A program made the position numbers and the translations under genes. The notes beneath the pieces were generated by a model, which saw only the letters and a list, made by a program, of their open reading frames with translations, searched no databases and was not told the DNA's origin. From positions 96,001 through 160,000 of the IMG/VR virus record IMGVR_UViG_3300025288_000012: DNA of 64,000 nucleotides; one strand, given 5' to 3'. Shown here piece by piece: positions 53,448 to 63,849 of this stretch (its first letter is position 1; every line of letters begins with the position of its first letter). The stretch is from a virus.

Positions 53448-55643
53448 ATGCTTATCGTAGCAGGACGCATCTTCATTGACATTAAGATAGACCAAAAGTC
53501 TATCGACAATGCACCCAACTTGTTCAACACGTTGACCCTAAGTGAGAGTATAGCCTCTCTATTTCCTGCCGCAACTATACTGCTTAACGACTACACAGGC
53601 AAGCTTCAAAAAGAGTTAGCCCTTACAGAGGGTAACGAAGTTCTCGTTACAGTTGGTCGTTCACCCAGCGAGCTAAGTACCGTAAGTCGTCAGTACCGTT
53701 TGTTCGGTGTTAAGCAGGACATGGCCTCATTCGGTCCAGTCATGCACGTCCATTGCATATATGATGCACCTGACTTCATATCAAAAAATTCTAATGAGCA
53801 CTACCTAGGTACTAGCTCCAAAGTTCTGCAGTCAGTAGCGGATAAGTGCAAGCTGTACTATTGTGGACCAGAAAAGTACAACGGTCGTTCCATGAACGAC
53901 AGTCAAAACTGGTGGAACATAAACAGAAGCAGAGCTTCCTTTTCCCAGCAGAACGTAGCCCGTCACGGGTACATGGACAACTATAGCGCCATGTGTGCTG
54001 CAGTTACGTCCTTAGGTGAATTGCGTTACCGCAACCTCATGGACGTAATAGAGTCTCCTCTGGAACGAATCGAATACTTGTTTGTTCATGCCGCTCCTCA
54101 GGCTGAAGAAGACAAAAAACTGTCTGTCTACCTGGTTGACAAGGCTGAAGCTCACTCTGACGCTGGTCTAATGAACAGTTGGCAGAACTACGGCTCTACA
54201 AGAGTGGTTCATTCTCGTCATGGTGATGAATCCTTTGAGGAATCAGTAGACGTAAACACCAGTGGTAAGTACCTTGCGGTAAACGATCAAGTATCAAAGA
54301 CCATAGGTAAGGCTCGTTTTGACCATAGCCTTCTAGACTGCGGCAATGTTAATGAGAAGTACGAACGAGCCTTCTACCAGAACGTAAAGCAGCTAGCACT
54401 GTTTAGCGAACGTGTTAGTGTGCTAGTAAGCTCACCTACTACGGTTCAGTTGCTTGATCCAGTTCTGTACCGTCAGAGTTTCTCAGACCCTAAAGAAACT
54501 GCAAGTGTATCAGACATCTACATAGTGGTTGGTAAGACCATACGAGTCAAGCAAGGCATCTATTATGCTGAACGACTTGAACTTGTACGCATGTCTCTTA
54601 CTGAGAAAGGAGAATCTTCTTTGAAATGCGCCATCACACCCGATAAGGCAGCAGCGTCTGCTATGCCTGAATCCCAGATAGACCCAACTGTTATGACTCA
54701 GCCTGGTAAGCCTGGTACTGTTGCTACTCAGCTGGGTAAAGCTACAGACATACAAGCAGCCGCAAAGGATGTTGACACTAAATCGGCCGCTGCAAAAGTA
54801 AGTTCGTTGAAAGTAGCGAAGGCTTCAGTCAACATTCTGAGGTCAGCATTAGCCGTTGCGAAACTCGTTAAGGGTGGAATCGAAGGCATAGTAGCTAGCC
54901 CAGCTGGAGCAATTCAGACTTTAGGTGGTGCTACAGGGTCTCTTCTGGCTTACAACAAGACAGTGGGTGGATTCGGCAGTGAATACATGCAGTCAGGTGT
55001 AGCTGCAATAGAATACGCCGATGCTCAACTAAACAACAAGTCGTTCAATGAGGCCGTTAGGGTTGCGGCACTTACTAAGCCAGGTGGACTAGCCGAGAAC
55101 CAAGCAGCCATTACTGGTGCAATAGGACTTAACAAGAAGCTGAGCGCAATCTTCAACTCAGGCTCTGAAGTTGTTAATTCCTCAACGTCTATTTATGCAC
55201 TTCGTAACGAACCAGGTGGTACTCAGGCACTCGATGCGTTCAACGGTAGGGTTGAAGAGCTTAACAAGAACTCTACCGACATAAACAAAGGTCTGGCCGA
55301 CATGTGGAACGGAAGCGTTAGCCTGTTGACAGGAAAGAGTGTACCAACCATTGCACCCGCGAAGAAAGCCTCCGAGTCTATCTACAGCTTCGTGGATGGG
55401 TCTTTGGCCCAGCCTAGCACGTATGAGGCAAAGGTGAAAAGTCCTAGTGACGTGAAGTCTGAGTTCCTTAAGGCCATTACAAAGAAGAGCGAAGACCGGT
55501 CGTCACCTTGGGCAGACGAACTTGACATGAACTTTTACAGGGTATCCGCAAAGGCCAATCCTACTGACGTAGAAGAAACGGCTGTTGCCTTGGAAAAGGA
55601 CATTTCCAACTACCAAGCACAGCAAGCACTAAACTATATTTGA
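53448..55643 (+). CDS. baseplate hub protein (gp27-like) with long Ala/Gly-rich C-terminal extension
   Basis: Position between the gp53-like and gp5-like genes. The N-terminal ~390 aa look hub-like. Confidence 0.6.
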   Translation: MLIVAGRIFIDIKIDQKSIDNAPNLFNTLTLSESIASLFPAATILLNDYTGKLQKELALTEGNEVLVTVGRSPSELSTVSRQYRLFGVKQDMASFGPVMHVHCIYDAPDFISKNSNEHYLGTSSKVLQSVADKCKLYYCGPEKYNGRSMNDSQNWWNINRSRASFSQQNVARHGYMDNYSAMCAAVTSLGELRYRNLMDVIESPLERIEYLFVHAAPQAEEDKKLSVYLVDKAEAHSDAGLMNSWQNYGSTRVVHSRHGDESFEESVDVNTSGKYLAVNDQVSKTIGKARFDHSLLDCGNVNEKYERAFYQNVKQLALFSERVSVLVSSPTTVQLLDPVLYRQSFSDPKETASVSDIYIVVGKTIRVKQGIYYAERLELVRMSLTEKGESSLKCAITPDKAAASAMPESQIDPTVMTQPGKPGTVATQLGKATDIQAAAKDVDTKSAAAKVSSLKVAKASVNILRSALAVAKLVKGGIEGIVASPAGAIQTLGGATGSLLAYNKTVGGFGSEYMQSGVAAIEYADAQLNNKSFNEAVRVAALTKPGGLAENQAAITGAIGLNKKLSAIFNSGSEVVNSSTSIYALRNEPGGTQALDAFNGRVEELNKNSTDINKGLADMWNGSVSLLTGKSVPTIAPAKKASESIYSFVDGSLAQPSTYEAKVKSPSDVKSEFLKAITKKSEDRSSPWADELDMNFYRVSAKANPTDVEETAVALEKDISNYQAQQALNYI

Positions 55644-55644
55644 T

Positions 55645-56436
55645 ATGTCTACACTATTCGGTGACCAAAACCCTGGACTGTCAGCTTCTCAGCTGTACCA
55701 AGCTGTAGTTGTGGATAACAACGACCCTGAGAAGTTAGGCAAGATACGTGCGCGGGTATCGCAGATCTTTGACGGCATTGACGACGACAACCTACCATGG
55801 GCAATACCAACCTTCGGTCATGTGGATGGAGCAACCGCCGAATCAGGTATATTGTGCATACCTAAGGTCGGCAGCAAAGTGTTGCTTCATTTTCAAAACG
55901 GCTCTCCTTTCCATCCTATATACCAAGGCTACACTGTAGACACAAAGACAAAGCTCGAAGAGGCTGATACAAACTACCCTAACAGAGCTGTGGTACGTTT
56001 CAAGAACGGACTCGTAGTTGTTATCGACACCTCCACGAACGAAATTTTCCTTCGCAACACTGGGGACCTTCATGCACTCATTGAAGGTAATCTAGACCTT
56101 ACCGTAATGGGGGATTTCACTACCCGTGTTGCTGGTAGCATGGAGCAGATAGTTAACCAGAACAGAGTGAGTAGAACGGGGCAAGCATCAATAGACATAG
56201 TTACGGGTGATCGTCAAGAGTTGACTGGTGGATCTGAACAGAGCTTCATTAGAGGCACCTCAGGGTACTACGTTAGTGGGAATTACACCATGGTTGCCTC
56301 GAACATCTACGAGAATCCCAATTCCGGAGCGCCTGCAGCACCCACAGAACCAACGCAAGAAGCTCCTTATGTGTGGCCAGGAATTAACCGTGGTGGGCTT
56401 CCTAATAACTTGTGGGACATACTGCAATTCTGGTAA
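55645..56436 (+). CDS. baseplate central spike (gp5/VgrG-like OB fold plus beta-helix), no lysozyme domain
   Basis: AVVVDNNDPEKLGKIRARV, W..P, IPKVGSKV...F.NG...PIYQG and 8-residue V.G.....I.G repeats. Confidence 0.85.
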   Translation: MSTLFGDQNPGLSASQLYQAVVVDNNDPEKLGKIRARVSQIFDGIDDDNLPWAIPTFGHVDGATAESGILCIPKVGSKVLLHFQNGSPFHPIYQGYTVDTKTKLEEADTNYPNRAVVRFKNGLVVVIDTSTNEIFLRNTGDLHALIEGNLDLTVMGDFTTRVAGSMEQIVNQNRVSRTGQASIDIVTGDRQELTGGSEQSFIRGTSGYYVSGNYTMVASNIYENPNSGAPAAPTEPTQEAPYVWPGINRGGLPNNLWDILQFW

Positions 56437-56481
56437 CCAGGCACGAACGTAATTTTAGGCATGTAATTTGAGGAGTTTATT

Positions 56482-56775
56482 GTGCCAGCAGCAGTTCGTT
56501 TAGGTGATGTGTGCACCGGTCATGGCTGTTTCCCTTCTCGTCCTAATGACGAGGGCAGCCCTAACGTCTTTGTAAATGACTTGCCGTCCCATCGTCTTAC
56601 TGACCACTGGGTTACTCACTGCTGCCCTCCTCCGTCTCCGTGCCACGATAGCGTAGCTGCTGAAGGCTCACCCAATGTGTTCGTTAACGACTTGCCGAAG
56701 TGCCGAATAGGTGATGCTGTTGCCTGTGGTTCTACTATGGCGACTGGGTCAAACAACGTCTTTGTAAATGACTAA
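56482..56775 (+). CDS. PAAR-repeat spike tip protein
   Basis: PAAVRLGDVCTGHG, GSPNVFVND (twice), RIGDAVACGS and GSNNVFVN. Confidence 0.92.
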   Translation: MPAAVRLGDVCTGHGCFPSRPNDEGSPNVFVNDLPSHRLTDHWVTHCCPPPSPCHDSVAAEGSPNVFVNDLPKCRIGDAVACGSTMATGSNNVFVND

Positions 56776-56778
56776 CTC

Positions 56779-57168
56779 ATGAGCTACACTGAACCGATCC
56801 TGTTTTCAGACGTCAATCCAGACATAGGGCAAAACAGCCCTTATGAATTGGTGAAGAATGAATCTGCAATCCAGAAATCCATACTGACCATACTAGGCAC
56901 TAGAAAAAACACAAGGCCTTTTCGCCGTCACTTCGGTTCCTACCTGCAGGATCTGCTCTTCGACCCTATGGATGACTTCACAGGTGAACGGATAAAGACT
57001 GAGATCATACGGTCGATAGAAGAGTGGGAGCCACGGGTGACGGTTAAAAGTTCCAAGGTCGTACCAGACTTCGACAAGCAGCTTTACTACGTAGAGATAA
57101 GCTTCATAATACCAAAGTTGAACAACAAGTCAGTGTCTCTGGCGTTCAATTTGTCTACTTCAAAATAG
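56779..57168 (+). CDS. baseplate wedge protein (gp25-like)
   Basis: SILTILGTRKNTRPF...FGS.L..LLFDPMD and IEEWEPRV. Confidence 0.9.
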   Translation: MSYTEPILFSDVNPDIGQNSPYELVKNESAIQKSILTILGTRKNTRPFRRHFGSYLQDLLFDPMDDFTGERIKTEIIRSIEEWEPRVTVKSSKVVPDFDKQLYYVEISFIIPKLNNKSVSLAFNLSTSK

Positions 57169-57176
57169 GGTCCTCA

Positions 57177-58604
57177 ATGTCTTCACCTCTTACGTTATCA
57201 CTAGCGAAGCCGGATTTTGAATCTCTAGTCCTGCAGCTTCAGCTGTACCTGGCTGCAAAAGGAACTTGGTCAGACCTGTTGACGTCTTCAACAGGTGAAA
57301 CCCTTATCGAAATGATGGGGGCCGTAGGTGCCTTCAATCAATTTGCGATTGAATCAGCGGCTCGTGAAGACTTCCTAGAGACTGCAGTACGGGACAGTTC
57401 TATTTACGCCATTGCAGACATGCTGGGTGTACGCATTACTCGAAAGTCTCCTGCAAGTACCGGAGTCATACTTACCCGTGAGTCAAACGTAGGCATACTT
57501 ACCATGCCCAGGTTCAGTGTGTTCACAGTAGATGGTGAGCTGTTCTTTAACCGTGAAAGCATTACGTTCAACAGTGGTGCTACTGAGTCTAATCCTTCAG
57601 TCTTGTACGAAGGCACTATGCGGACGCAGTCAATAAGTGCTAGCGCCTCTACCTTTAACAAGATCTATTTGAATGAGCTGGGCTTCGGTGTCTCCGATGC
57701 TGACGTAGATGTTTACTTAGTAAACACCTCAACTGGAGAACGTGAGCTTTGGAATCAGACCACCGATGGTATCTGGATAGCCGGACCATTTGACAAAGTT
57801 TACTACGATAGCACTACTGGTGACGGCGACACAGCCTTAGCCTTTGGTGACGGCAATCACGGTAAGCTTCCGACTATTGGTTACACCTTGGAAATTGACT
57901 ATGCGGTAACCAAAGGAAGCGAAGGTAACAATGGTCAGGCGGGACTAAAGATCGAATATCCAACGGATCCAACCATCAAAGGCTTCACTACAAGCACTGT
58001 AGCTGGTGGTGCAGATCAGAAATCTGCCTCGTACTACTCAGCTCTCGCACCGTACATCTACCGGGCACGTAAGCGTGCGGTGAATCCATCTGACTACAAA
58101 GCCATCGCCACTGATTACCCCAGCGTTGCTTCTGTTACGATCAAGTCTCAACGAGATATTGCACCAGGTGATCTACGCTGGATGAACGTAGTGCGCATCT
58201 GTGTGTTGCCTAAAGAGACGGACGTCTACACCACAGTTGAATGGGACGACTTCCTTTCGTGGTTCAGTGACAAGAAGCATGCGGCCGTACACATCCAAAC
58301 GTATAACCCCACAAAGGTGGTGGTAAACATTCATGTGACACTAGCTCTGTCCCCCAGTGCCGTCTCAGCAGATATAATTCCAACTGTAACTTCTGCAATA
58401 ACAGCGCTATTTGAGAAGTCTACAACCACTTTAGGCAGGCGTTTAGCTATATCAGACATAACTCAAGTCTGTAAAATAGCAGGTGTTGATTACGTTGACA
58501 TGGTCACACCTCTAGCAGACCAGGTTGCTACTGATGACTACACGTACTTCAGCCTGGGTACGCTGCAAGTTAGTACCAATTACACTGAAAGGAATTCTAT
58601 CTGA
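57177..58604 (+). CDS. baseplate wedge protein (gp6/baseplate J-like)
   Basis: KPDFESL, FLETAVRDSSIYAIADMLG, FGDGNHGK.P, GGADQ and RAVNPSDY. Confidence 0.88.
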   Translation: MSSPLTLSLAKPDFESLVLQLQLYLAAKGTWSDLLTSSTGETLIEMMGAVGAFNQFAIESAAREDFLETAVRDSSIYAIADMLGVRITRKSPASTGVILTRESNVGILTMPRFSVFTVDGELFFNRESITFNSGATESNPSVLYEGTMRTQSISASASTFNKIYLNELGFGVSDADVDVYLVNTSTGERELWNQTTDGIWIAGPFDKVYYDSTTGDGDTALAFGDGNHGKLPTIGYTLEIDYAVTKGSEGNNGQAGLKIEYPTDPTIKGFTTSTVAGGADQKSASYYSALAPYIYRARKRAVNPSDYKAIATDYPSVASVTIKSQRDIAPGDLRWMNVVRICVLPKETDVYTTVEWDDFLSWFSDKKHAAVHIQTYNPTKVVVNIHVTLALSPSAVSADIIPTVTSAITALFEKSTTTLGRRLAISDITQVCKIAGVDYVDMVTPLADQVATDDYTYFSLGTLQVSTNYTERNSI

Positions 58605-59278
58605 TGGCCGGAGACAATATTCCTTCTCCCGTTGTAAGCTCAAATGAACTGTTGGTAGAAATACTTGGTAACAACCAATTATGGTCTGACCTAGCTGAGG
58701 CTTTCAACGAGGTAATGAGTCTCAACGTTGACCAGCTGATCTTCGAGTTGGAACGTATAAGATTCATTCGTCAGGATTCAGATCAAGAGTTGCTGAAGTC
58801 AACGGCCCGCATGTTGGGTTTCAATGCGACGCAGGACGTACTCAACCTAAATTCGGATAGCCTGACACGACTGGTATCTCAGCTTCCACTGTATCCGGAT
58901 CAGAATAGTACAGAATACTTCGTGAACTTCATTGACGTGCTGCTAAACTCCTCCGTCAAGGTAGGCTATCTGTACACTAAGGACTACGTCAATTTCACAA
59001 CTACGCTGGGTGGGACCCTTATTACAGACGGCGGCGAGTGGTTTAAGACTACGCACATAGAGCTCACCATAGCTCTGTTGAACTTGTCCTCCTTGCTGCT
59101 GAACCCAGGTGAGACGTTGCTGCAAAGGGCAATCGAACTATTTTACGCGTACTCTCCGATACCACTTGTAATCGAGAAACTCAGATTTGCCGTTGTCATA
59201 GATGATTGGCCTGGTGGTTCTGCCTTCGGTATGGCCGCGAAGATCATCGGTGGACGTACACACACTATTTTGGAATAA
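58604..59278 (+). CDS. baseplate wedge protein (gp7/baseplate I-like)
   Basis: Position after the gp6-like gene. Contains LL...A..LGF. Confidence 0.6.
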   Translation: MAGDNIPSPVVSSNELLVEILGNNQLWSDLAEAFNEVMSLNVDQLIFELERIRFIRQDSDQELLKSTARMLGFNATQDVLNLNSDSLTRLVSQLPLYPDQNSTEYFVNFIDVLLNSSVKVGYLYTKDYVNFTTTLGGTLITDGGEWFKTTHIELTIALLNLSSLLLNPGETLLQRAIELFYAYSPIPLVIEKLRFAVVIDDWPGGSAFGMAAKIIGGRTHTILE

Positions 59279-59291
59279 CAAAGGTGCTAAC

Positions 59292-62200
59292 ATGGCTATA
59301 GTAGTAACTGACCAAGGCTTATCTGCGATACGAAATGCGGACGTGGGCGGGTTTCTAATAAACCTGAACAAGTTCAAAGTCACTCCGGAGGAAAACTTTA
59401 CACCTGAGGTTGCTGACGACTCCTTAGTTGGCGCAGTTTTGTATGAAGGTGACGTCAACGAGATAGAAGCACTCGGCTCAAACAGCGTGAAACTTACGCT
59501 TAGTTTGCCTAAGAGCTTCCCTCTAACGGGCTCAGTGTTCATCGGCGAGCTTGGTCTGTACCTAGAAAGCGGTGAGTTGTTTGCCCATGGTAAGCTGTCT
59601 ACTCGTTTCGAGAAGACTTCAGAATTCGGCTTTGACATCTACGTTATCGTCAGTGCCGCGCGCCTGGGCGACGTTATTCAAGTAACGGACAGTCTCAATT
59701 GCTCAGTTGCTGCAACTCCTCATGTACGGACCTTGCTTCCTCCTACGGACTCTCTGAAGAATGTAGTGAGTGTGCTTGATGAACTTACTGACTACCATGG
59801 AAAGCCTTCCGGGTCATTGGCCGTAAAGTTCGGTAGCGGAAGCCTTAACTGGGCGTTCGTTGGATACACCCGCATGTACACAGGGGTCCCTGAGTCTGTT
59901 AGCAGCACCAGTGATTTCAACTTGGACATTGAAAGCTCCGCCGGCTTCTGGCTTAACGACAATGAGGTTGTTATTGTCCAGATTATATCTGGACCTGGTG
60001 CAGGTGAATCCCGTAAGGTTAAGTACAACAAGACCTCTGCCTTTGAAGTCTTGGAGAAGCCGTTCTCTGCACTTACTGCCCAGAGCAACCTCTCGATCTG
60101 GAGGTCTTACAAGAACCTGCTTCCTACAAGAAGCCCAGAGATTCCTGACTACTTCATGTTGCAGAAGGGACTCAGCAACTGGTGTGAACAGGTAGTGGAG
60201 TCTGCCTCAGGTGCCTTAAACCCTTTCTCCTTTAGCCTAGTTGGTAATGGAACTAACACGGTAACCATTCCTGCATCCATTGTGTCTAGCCTGAGTGTGG
60301 ATACCTCAGCAGGGCTGGCTACCATTCATAAGAATGGCGCATTGGTTGGAATGAACAACTACGCGCTACTATACAACTCAGCTGGTAAGCCAGATCGTAT
60401 TCAGTTCAGCTCCGTCAATACCACCTTAGATAAGATTGACGTATTGATCTTTGGTTATGACTACTCAGATGGGGCCTCTCTGTATTGGTATGAATCAGAG
60501 TACGACGCAGTAGGTACAACCTCGTTCCCTCTACCCGTAATACCTAGCTCTACTTCAGGCATAATTGCGTACCTTGATTCCGTATTGGTGACAAACTTCA
60601 GCATCGTCGGTGCGAACTTGGAGTTCAGCTCTCCCGTACTTGGTAAGTTGGAGGTGTTGTGCGTAGTTAATTACTCCGATACTGGCGTAATGCCCAAGCT
60701 CAAACGGTGGAGATCCACGACAGTTGTCGGTCAGCACAGCGTAGACACACAGGCTACTATAGCTGCGAAAAAGGATACGCTTGTCTATGTAAACTCCGCC
60801 TACGTACCCAAGAGTGAGTACTCAATACAGGACAACAGGTACATTGTGTTCAGCTCTCCTCTGGGAGCCGGAACTGTCGAGACCTTCGTTTACTACTCTG
60901 AAATAGTTGAACCAACCGTAGTGTCAACCACTGGGCGCGACAGTGGACCACGGTGGGCTGACCCTGCAGGTGTAAACGCAGCCTCTAACAGCATAGTTGC
61001 CTACAGCTATCAAGGCGTTACAGACTCAGCATTAACTTCTTTCACCACGGAACGCGTAAACAATGAGTCCTACCTATTCGTATTCGTGAGTGGTTCATAC
61101 CAGTACCCGAATCAGTACATGTTTACTCAGTTTACTGACAGGTCAGTGATACGACTCAACGAAGTTTTGCCGGCAGGTCTGGACGTTGACATAATCGCGT
61201 TCAAAGAAGTCCCAGGTCCAGGTAGTTTAATAAAGGGCATAATTCACAGGTTTGCACTTAGTGCTTCTACTACTTATACACTACCACTAAGTCTTAGTGC
61301 ATTGCCATCCAGCTACATGCTGTTCATTGGAGGCGTGTACCAACATCGCATAAACTATGACCTGAACCACACAACTGGCGTGTTGACTCTGTACAACATG
61401 CCCGCAGGCATGGCAGGGACAGACTGCGAATTCCAGTACTTCACTTCAGTTGAAGAACCAGGTGTACGGACTGACTTTGGTACCTACATATCTAGCCTGA
61501 ACACTACTGTTGGACGTAATAGGCTTTCTTTTCCTGTAGAAGATGCCAACGATACACTAGTATTCGTCGGCTCCGTCTATCAGAACAAAGACCAGTATGT
61601 AACCGAGACTCTTACACAAGGTCAGCCAACTGGATACGCCAACTGGGTACCTGACACCAACGTCTCCGAAAATGGTACTGAGGTCTGCACCGTCAGCATC
61701 CAGAGTGTGATTCCTCCGACCAGGCTTCTTCTACGTAGTGAGTTCGAGGAATGCTGCAATTCAATCTGGGATGTGCTGAACTCTGGAAACTTCGGTGGTG
61801 GTGGCGCCAGTGGTGGCGCGACTACCAGCTACAGCTTTACAGCTGTAGCTGGTCAAACATACTTTATCTTACCTCCAGTAACCATAAGCGATCACATAGC
61901 AGTTCTGGTACGTGGTGTAGAGCTTGCACCAGATGATTACATACGTAGCGGATCTTCGATTGTTCTTCAGGGTATCGCACTTGAAGCTGGAACACCAGTT
62001 GTATTGAGAGACTTTGGTGCAGTTGCTGAAGGTTCTTCAACGTATGAGCTTCCTGTAGCCACACCTACAGTATTAGGCGGGGTTAAGGTCGGTCTTGGAC
62101 TCGCAATAACTCCCGCGGGTGTATTGTCTGCTACAGGTGGGAGCAGTGGTGGCTCCTCTGGAGGTTCTGTGGCTTCCTACATTGCAGGTACGGATACTTT

Positions 62201-62555
62201 TTTGGTCGGAGACCAGGTGGGTGCGATTTCTCTGACTATATACACCGCAAAAGTTTCTTACAGGGTACCCGTAGATGGCGTGATTACAACTCGTACAAGT
62301 GTCAGTTCTGTTCGCGATGGCTACACTGCGTATGTACAAATTTACAAGAATGGTGCTGCAGTTGGTGCTGAACATTCCAGCTCAAGTAGTACTTCGTCTC
62401 CAACCTGGGACGAAAATATAACAGTGGCAGCTGGTGACCTAGTTCAACTGTACACCCGTTCAAGTCCGGTGCCGGAAGGATATCTAGCTCGAATTGCCTT
62501 ATACACTGGTTTGACCACGAACTTCTTGCTACCCAGCCCGAACCAACCACAGTGA
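59292..62555 (+). CDS. tail fibre/baseplate-attachment protein with repeated beta-sandwich modules
   Basis: N-terminal IVVTDQGL...GDV....IGELGLY..GELFA is typical of fibre attachment domains. About seven modules of pattern F.l...V.v.Gv.q...dY......i.f. ATG 59292 has an AAGG RBS. Confidence 0.7.
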   Translation: MAIVVTDQGLSAIRNADVGGFLINLNKFKVTPEENFTPEVADDSLVGAVLYEGDVNEIEALGSNSVKLTLSLPKSFPLTGSVFIGELGLYLESGELFAHGKLSTRFEKTSEFGFDIYVIVSAARLGDVIQVTDSLNCSVAATPHVRTLLPPTDSLKNVVSVLDELTDYHGKPSGSLAVKFGSGSLNWAFVGYTRMYTGVPESVSSTSDFNLDIESSAGFWLNDNEVVIVQIISGPGAGESRKVKYNKTSAFEVLEKPFSALTAQSNLSIWRSYKNLLPTRSPEIPDYFMLQKGLSNWCEQVVESASGALNPFSFSLVGNGTNTVTIPASIVSSLSVDTSAGLATIHKNGALVGMNNYALLYNSAGKPDRIQFSSVNTTLDKIDVLIFGYDYSDGASLYWYESEYDAVGTTSFPLPVIPSSTSGIIAYLDSVLVTNFSIVGANLEFSSPVLGKLEVLCVVNYSDTGVMPKLKRWRSTTVVGQHSVDTQATIAAKKDTLVYVNSAYVPKSEYSIQDNRYIVFSSPLGAGTVETFVYYSEIVEPTVVSTTGRDSGPRWADPAGVNAASNSIVAYSYQGVTDSALTSFTTERVNNESYLFVFVSGSYQYPNQYMFTQFTDRSVIRLNEVLPAGLDVDIIAFKEVPGPGSLIKGIIHRFALSASTTYTLPLSLSALPSSYMLFIGGVYQHRINYDLNHTTGVLTLYNMPAGMAGTDCEFQYFTSVEEPGVRTDFGTYISSLNTTVGRNRLSFPVEDANDTLVFVGSVYQNKDQYVTETLTQGQPTGYANWVPDTNVSENGTEVCTVSIQSVIPPTRLLLRSEFEECCNSIWDVLNSGNFGGGGASGGATTSYSFTAVAGQTYFILPPVTISDHIAVLVRGVELAPDDYIRSGSSIVLQGIALEAGTPVVLRDFGAVAEGSSTYELPVATPTVLGGVKVGLGLAITPAGVLSATGGSSGGSSGGSVASYIAGTDTFLVGDQVGAISLTIYTAKVSYRVPVDGVITTRTSVSSVRDGYTAYVQIYKNGAAVGAEHSSSSSTSSPTWDENITVAAGDLVQLYTRSSPVPEGYLARIALYTGLTTNFLLPSPNQPQ

Positions 62556-62591
62556 AGCCTTCCCAGCGTCTCTTAAGATAAAGGAAAACAA

Positions 62592-63257
62592 ATGTCAAAC
62601 GTAAAAGACCTTGTTCATTTCAAGCTAGCCCTTCTGGACGACGTTGACGTAGCCAGCGTAGCCGTAGGCCAATACATATCGTGGAATGGATCGAAATTTG
62701 TTCCGGTCACTCCACCAACTGGAGGAGGTGGAACTACTTATGGTCCTGCTACTGAAAGCACCTTGGGTCTTGTTAGAGTAGGGACGGGTCTAACTATCGA
62801 CGAAGCTGGAGTCCTAAGCGCACCAGAGAATCCAGCATACTTGCTACCTCAAGCAACTACCGTTAGCCTGGGTGGTGTAAAGGTAGGGACGGGTCTAGCA
62901 ATGGAGCCTTCAACTGGCAGACTGAGTGTGATAGAAGGAGCAGCTGGTGGATGGGTTGATAAACTTTCCCAGAGGTCAGGCTACACGGTGTACCAGAACA
63001 CTTCAGCCAATCCTATAGCAGTCTTTACGGTTGGAGTAAGCACCGGTTCTTCTAATATGCCCCGCCTTGAAGTTGACTCTACCACTAATTTTCCGTATAT
63101 TACTGATACGTCCAGCCGGCTGGCTCTATCAGGATCTTCGTATAACAGTTTCTCTGATACCACCCACAGTCAATCCTTTGCCCTTGTACCTGCCGGATAC
63201 TACTACCGGTTCTATGGGGCTGCTAACATACTTATTGAATGGTTTGAAAGTGCGTGA
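62592..63257 (+). CDS. tail fibre-associated protein
   Basis: Two copies of AT...LG.V.VG.GL.....G.LS, a motif also present at the end of the upstream gene. AAGGA RBS. Confidence 0.65.
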   Translation: MSNVKDLVHFKLALLDDVDVASVAVGQYISWNGSKFVPVTPPTGGGGTTYGPATESTLGLVRVGTGLTIDEAGVLSAPENPAYLLPQATTVSLGGVKVGTGLAMEPSTGRLSVIEGAAGGWVDKLSQRSGYTVYQNTSANPIAVFTVGVSTGSSNMPRLEVDSTTNFPYITDTSSRLALSGSSYNSFSDTTHSQSFALVPAGYYYRFYGAANILIEWFESA

Positions 63258-63291
63258 TCCGCTCTCATTCAAAGTTAACTAAGGAAGAACG

Positions 63292-63813
63292 ATGCTTTAC
63301 CTATTAGATGACCAAGGCAATTACTTCGAGGCGGACAAGAACCTCAACGGTTCTACTGAGCTTCCCGTCCAACGTCCTACCCACGAGTACGACTGGGATG
63401 GTGAAACGTGGGTGTTGAATGAGCCTCGTAAGGCGCAGAATGAACAGGTAGTTTTTGAGCTATTCCGGACAAAGAAACTTGCTGATGTGCTTATATCCTA
63501 TGTAGGAGCCTGCACCCAGGACGTTATCTACACGTCGGTGCTGGAGTTCACAGCAATCTTTCAAGCAAATCAGAACAGCCTAGACAGTCTGAAAGCAGCT
63601 ATTGATGGATGGCGTACAACTGAAGTTGTGCCCGAGGGGTACTACTGGGTTTCGTCGGACAACGTTAGGGTTCCTTTCAGCTATGAAGACCTATATGGTC
63701 TGTTCAATGTGATAGCAACCCAGAGGTGGGAGGCCTATCAACGTCTTCAGGCCGTGAAGATACAAGTACGCAATGCCACTACTATAAAGCAGCTAGACGA
63801 AGTAGTGTGGTAA
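63292..63813 (+). CDS. tail fibre assembly chaperone (DUF4376-like)
   Basis: YDWDGETWV at the N-terminus. C-terminal WVSSDNVRVPF..EDL.GL....A...K..V.NATT...LD.V.W. Confidence 0.75.
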   Translation: MLYLLDDQGNYFEADKNLNGSTELPVQRPTHEYDWDGETWVLNEPRKAQNEQVVFELFRTKKLADVLISYVGACTQDVIYTSVLEFTAIFQANQNSLDSLKAAIDGWRTTEVVPEGYYWVSSDNVRVPFSYEDLYGLFNVIATQRWEAYQRLQAVKIQVRNATTIKQLDEVVW

Positions 63814-63849
63814 TAACTCCGTAATTTTATGTTTTGAAAAGGAATTCAC

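Noticed and set aside
46206-59278. Sheath, tube, VgrG-like, PAAR, gp25 and baseplate J genes read as a T6SS or extracellular contractile injection system
   Set aside because: Terminase, portal, protease, capsid and replication genes are contiguous with them, and no TssJLM, ClpV or Afp15-type ATPase is seen. This is a phage tail.
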